NCBI GenBank assembly: GCA_002506365.1
Contig: DAXK01000045.1
Coordinates: forward strand, 6,301-70,300
Origin: an archaeon UBA583
GTDB lineage: Archaea; Nanobdellota; Nanobdellia; Woesearchaeales; UBA583
Length of the DNA: 64,000 nucleotides
Direction: 5' to 3'
This document shows, one piece after another, positions 61,502 through 64,000 of this stretch (positions are counted from its first letter, which is position 1; every line of letters starts with the position of its first letter). Under the pieces are notes generated by a model. That model did no database searches and was not told the DNA's origin. It saw only the letters and a program-made list of their open reading frames with translations. The translations under genes and the position numbers were made by a program.

Positions 61502-62866
61502 ATGGTAGAAAAAAAAACACCAGTTTCTAAACCTAAAACAAAGGAAAAAGAAACTAAAATGAAGACTTCAAAAGAAAATTCAAAAGTTAAAACAGAAGAA
61601 AAAAAAATTGAAGAAAAAAAAGTAAAAACTAAAAAATCAACAACTAAAAAATCAGAACCAAAAAAAAAAGTTTCTAAAGCTTCTGATTCAAAAAAAACAC
61701 AAACTAAATCAACTAAAAAAGTTGAAGAAAAAAAAGTTGAAACTAAAAAATCAACAACTAAAAAAACTAAAAAGAAAATTAGTGAATCAAAACTTTGGAA
61801 AGTTTTATCATTAGTATTAGTAATTGTAGTAGTATTTTTAGCATTTGCAATTGGAATTAAATTCTTTACTGGAACTTCATCAGATGATTCATTTGAAAAA
61901 GAATTAGATAAAAAAGTTGAAGACTTAAACAATCCAATCCTAACAACACCATCAAATACTGATGTTTCATTACTAATTGTAGAAGATAAAAATTGTGCTA
62001 ATTGTCAAGTTGACTTTTTAGCTGAACAAATTAAATTAAACTTAATTCCAAATTTAACAGTTGAAAAAACACAATTCGATTCAGACGTAGGTTCAGCAAT
62101 CACACAACAACTAGGAATTAAAATTGTTCCTGTTTTTCTATTTAGTAAAAACTTAGAACAAAGAAAAGATTGGGAAAAATTAGCAAGCGTAATGATCCCA
62201 GTTGAAATTTCAGGAGCTGAATACTTTTTACTAAATCCAATGGCAATTGAATTTAAAACTTTAATTGAAACACCAATTCAAACTGAATCTGCAATCACAT
62301 ACGGAAACAAAGATGCAAAAGTAACATTAGTTGAATTTAGTGACTTTGAATGTCCAGTATGCGCTTTAATGAAAGGAAGTCCTGAATTAACTCAAGAATT
62401 TAAAACTCAAAACCCAACATTCATTCCAACAATTCCAAAAATTATGGAAGAATATGTTGAAACTGGAAAAGTAAAATATGTATTTTATAACTTTCCAATT
62501 GATAGAATTCACCAATCAGCTAGAGCTGCTCACAATGCAGGATTATGTGCTAATGAACAAAATAAATTCAAAGAATATTCAGATGTATTATATCAAAAAA
62601 GATCAAAATGGGTTGAACACACAAATAATACTAAACAAATTTTAACTAACTTTGCTAAAGATTTAGACTTAGATAAATCACAATTTGAAACTTGTATGGA
62701 AACTCAAAAATATAATGATCAAATTGATAGTGAAATGAAATTAGCTCTTCCTTACGGTGTAGCTGGAACTCCAACTTACTTTGTAAATAAACAAATTATC
62801 ACAGGATTAGTTGATTATGAAACATTTAAATCAGTTGTTGAATCTGAATTAGAGAAATCACAATAA
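61502..62866 (+). CDS. DsbA/thioredoxin-fold oxidoreductase with Lys-rich N-tail, TM and two CxxC domains
   Basis: CANC; EFSDFECPVC; GVAGTPTYFVN. Start moved to ATG 61502, 22 nt after ttttataaaa. Confidence 0.88.
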   Translation: MVEKKTPVSKPKTKEKETKMKTSKENSKVKTEEKKIEEKKVKTKKSTTKKSEPKKKVSKASDSKKTQTKSTKKVEEKKVETKKSTTKKTKKKISESKLWKVLSLVLVIVVVFLAFAIGIKFFTGTSSDDSFEKELDKKVEDLNNPILTTPSNTDVSLLIVEDKNCANCQVDFLAEQIKLNLIPNLTVEKTQFDSDVGSAITQQLGIKIVPVFLFSKNLEQRKDWEKLASVMIPVEISGAEYFLLNPMAIEFKTLIETPIQTESAITYGNKDAKVTLVEFSDFECPVCALMKGSPELTQEFKTQNPTFIPTIPKIMEEYVETGKVKYVFYNFPIDRIHQSARAAHNAGLCANEQNKFKEYSDVLYQKRSKWVEHTNNTKQILTNFAKDLDLDKSQFETCMETQKYNDQIDSEMKLALPYGVAGTPTYFVNKQIITGLVDYETFKSVVESELEKSQ

Positions 62867-62875
62867 TAAATCAAA

Positions 62876-63331
62876 ATGATAAATTTTATTTTAATTTATT
62901 TTATTTCTTATTTTTTAACATTTTTAGGTTTTTTACTAGCCAAAGAAGAAGTTGTTAAAGACGAATTAAAAGAAATCCAAAGAGCAATTACATTCTCAGT
63001 TGACGGATTAGTATTTATTACATACATTTTAATGTTATATTTATTTACTGAACACATTATTGTAATTATTATAACTATCACATTATTAATACTTAAATTA
63101 ATTAGTTCACACAAAAAAATTAACTATCTAAAACAAATTCACAATGTATTATTATTTTCATCAACTATATTATTTACATTTAAATTTTCTGATTCAAATT
63201 TAATTTATTTATCAATTATCCCAATGATTGTATTATTTATAGAAAATACAAATCAAAAACTATCTAAAAGGTCTGAAATATACAAATTTGTATTATTAAC
63301 AGTTCTTTTAATCTTATTAAATGTGTTATAA
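62876..63331 (+). CDS. Hypothetical multi-pass membrane protein
   Basis: Several hydrophobic segments, 9 nt after the DsbA-like gene. Confidence 0.6.
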   Translation: MINFILIYFISYFLTFLGFLLAKEEVVKDELKEIQRAITFSVDGLVFITYILMLYLFTEHIIVIIITITLLILKLISSHKKINYLKQIHNVLLFSSTILFTFKFSDSNLIYLSIIPMIVLFIENTNQKLSKRSEIYKFVLLTVLLILLNVL

Positions 63332-63405
63332 TTTAACATATTTATTTTTAATTTAACATCTAATTTTCAAAAAGTATATAAATCTCAAAATTCATTTATT
63401 ATCAA

Positions 63406-63795
63406 ATGGTAAGAACAGATTTAATTCAAATTCTTGATAAAATTTTAACACAAAGAATAAAACAAGATTTTAATATTGACAAACAATCAAAAAATTTATT
63501 TAAAGTAAATACAGATTTAGAACACATAGGGCTCCAAAATCTAATAGGACATTATGATGAAACATTCACACTAGAACATCACAACCCAGTAAATAAAGCT
63601 CAATTTTCGTCAAATAAAACACAACAATACTCCAAACCATACGAATTTGGAAAAGTTAATTTAAGATATACTGATAATGGTGTTGATATAATCACAAAAC
63701 TATGTTGTGGAAAAAAAATTAAACTATCAATCCCTCAACAATTTTTAGATAAATCTAATGAATATAATGTAATGGGTGAACATTTTGTATATTAA
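63406..63795 (+). CDS. Hypothetical protein
   Basis: 129-aa ORF with upstream tatataaa. Confidence 0.55.
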   Translation: MVRTDLIQILDKILTQRIKQDFNIDKQSKNLFKVNTDLEHIGLQNLIGHYDETFTLEHHNPVNKAQFSSNKTQQYSKPYEFGKVNLRYTDNGVDIITKLCCGKKIKLSIPQQFLDKSNEYNVMGEHFVY

Positions 63796-63842
63796 AAATA
63801 AATAATATAAATAATTTAAAGTAAACCAAAATAAAATAAAAA

Positions 63843-64000
63843 TTGAAACAAAAAATTAAACGAAGACAACAAAAACTAACAAATTCATTATGTGAAATAT
63901 TAGAAAATGAAATATTGGATAAAATTTCAAAAAAAGATTTTATTGATCTTGAAACTCAAAGTTTAATCTTAGAAGATTTAGACTTTATGGACATATATAC
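63843..64000 (+). CDS. Possible CDS truncated by window end
   Basis: TTG-start frame LKQKIKRRQQKLTNSLCEIL... open to the edge, with tttaaa ~22 nt upstream. Confidence 0.3.
   Translation, partial: MKQKIKRRQQKLTNSLCEILENEILDKISKKDFIDLETQSLILEDLDFMDIY

Noticed and set aside
61450-61932. 160-aa antisense ORF and other short overlapping ORFs (e.g. 9913, 17260, 35271, 38471, 45186, 54100)
   Set aside because: Shadow or out-of-frame ORFs overlapping well-supported genes, with no motifs.

Overview
Very AT-rich archaeal chromosomal DNA, most consistent with a DPANN lineage such as Woesearchaeota/Nanobdellota. This placement is inferred from the archaeal FEN1 with a PIP box, the A-type ATP synthase, archaeal YchF, class III signal-peptide pilins, and TATA boxes ~22-24 nt upstream of apparently leaderless starts. 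Housekeeping content: argS (5'-truncated), a Dus, a nine-subunit A/V-type ATP synthase cluster split into several units, FEN1, oligoendopeptidase F, a DEAD-box helicase, YchF, Tag and a DsbA-like protein. Accessory content is dominated by surface and secreted proteins: six pilin-like genes in two families with constant N-termini and variable tips (nested LamG, ELWxxDGT), two giant membrane-anchored S8 proteases and a LamG surface protein. A ~42-51 kb stretch carries a CiaB homologue, a protein phosphatase, a Tat-signal lytic transglycosylase and a HEPN protein, which hints at interaction with bacteria. Intergenic DNA shows two recurrent unexplained patterns: hairpin arrays with 3-nt loops just after stop codons, and direct duplications of gene 3' ends or promoter flanks that bracket structured inserts or a whole pilin gene. 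I saw no tRNA, rRNA, CRISPR array, transposase or integrase. All product calls come from motif recognition by eye; no searches were run. Several starts were moved from the ORF track to fit TATA spacing.
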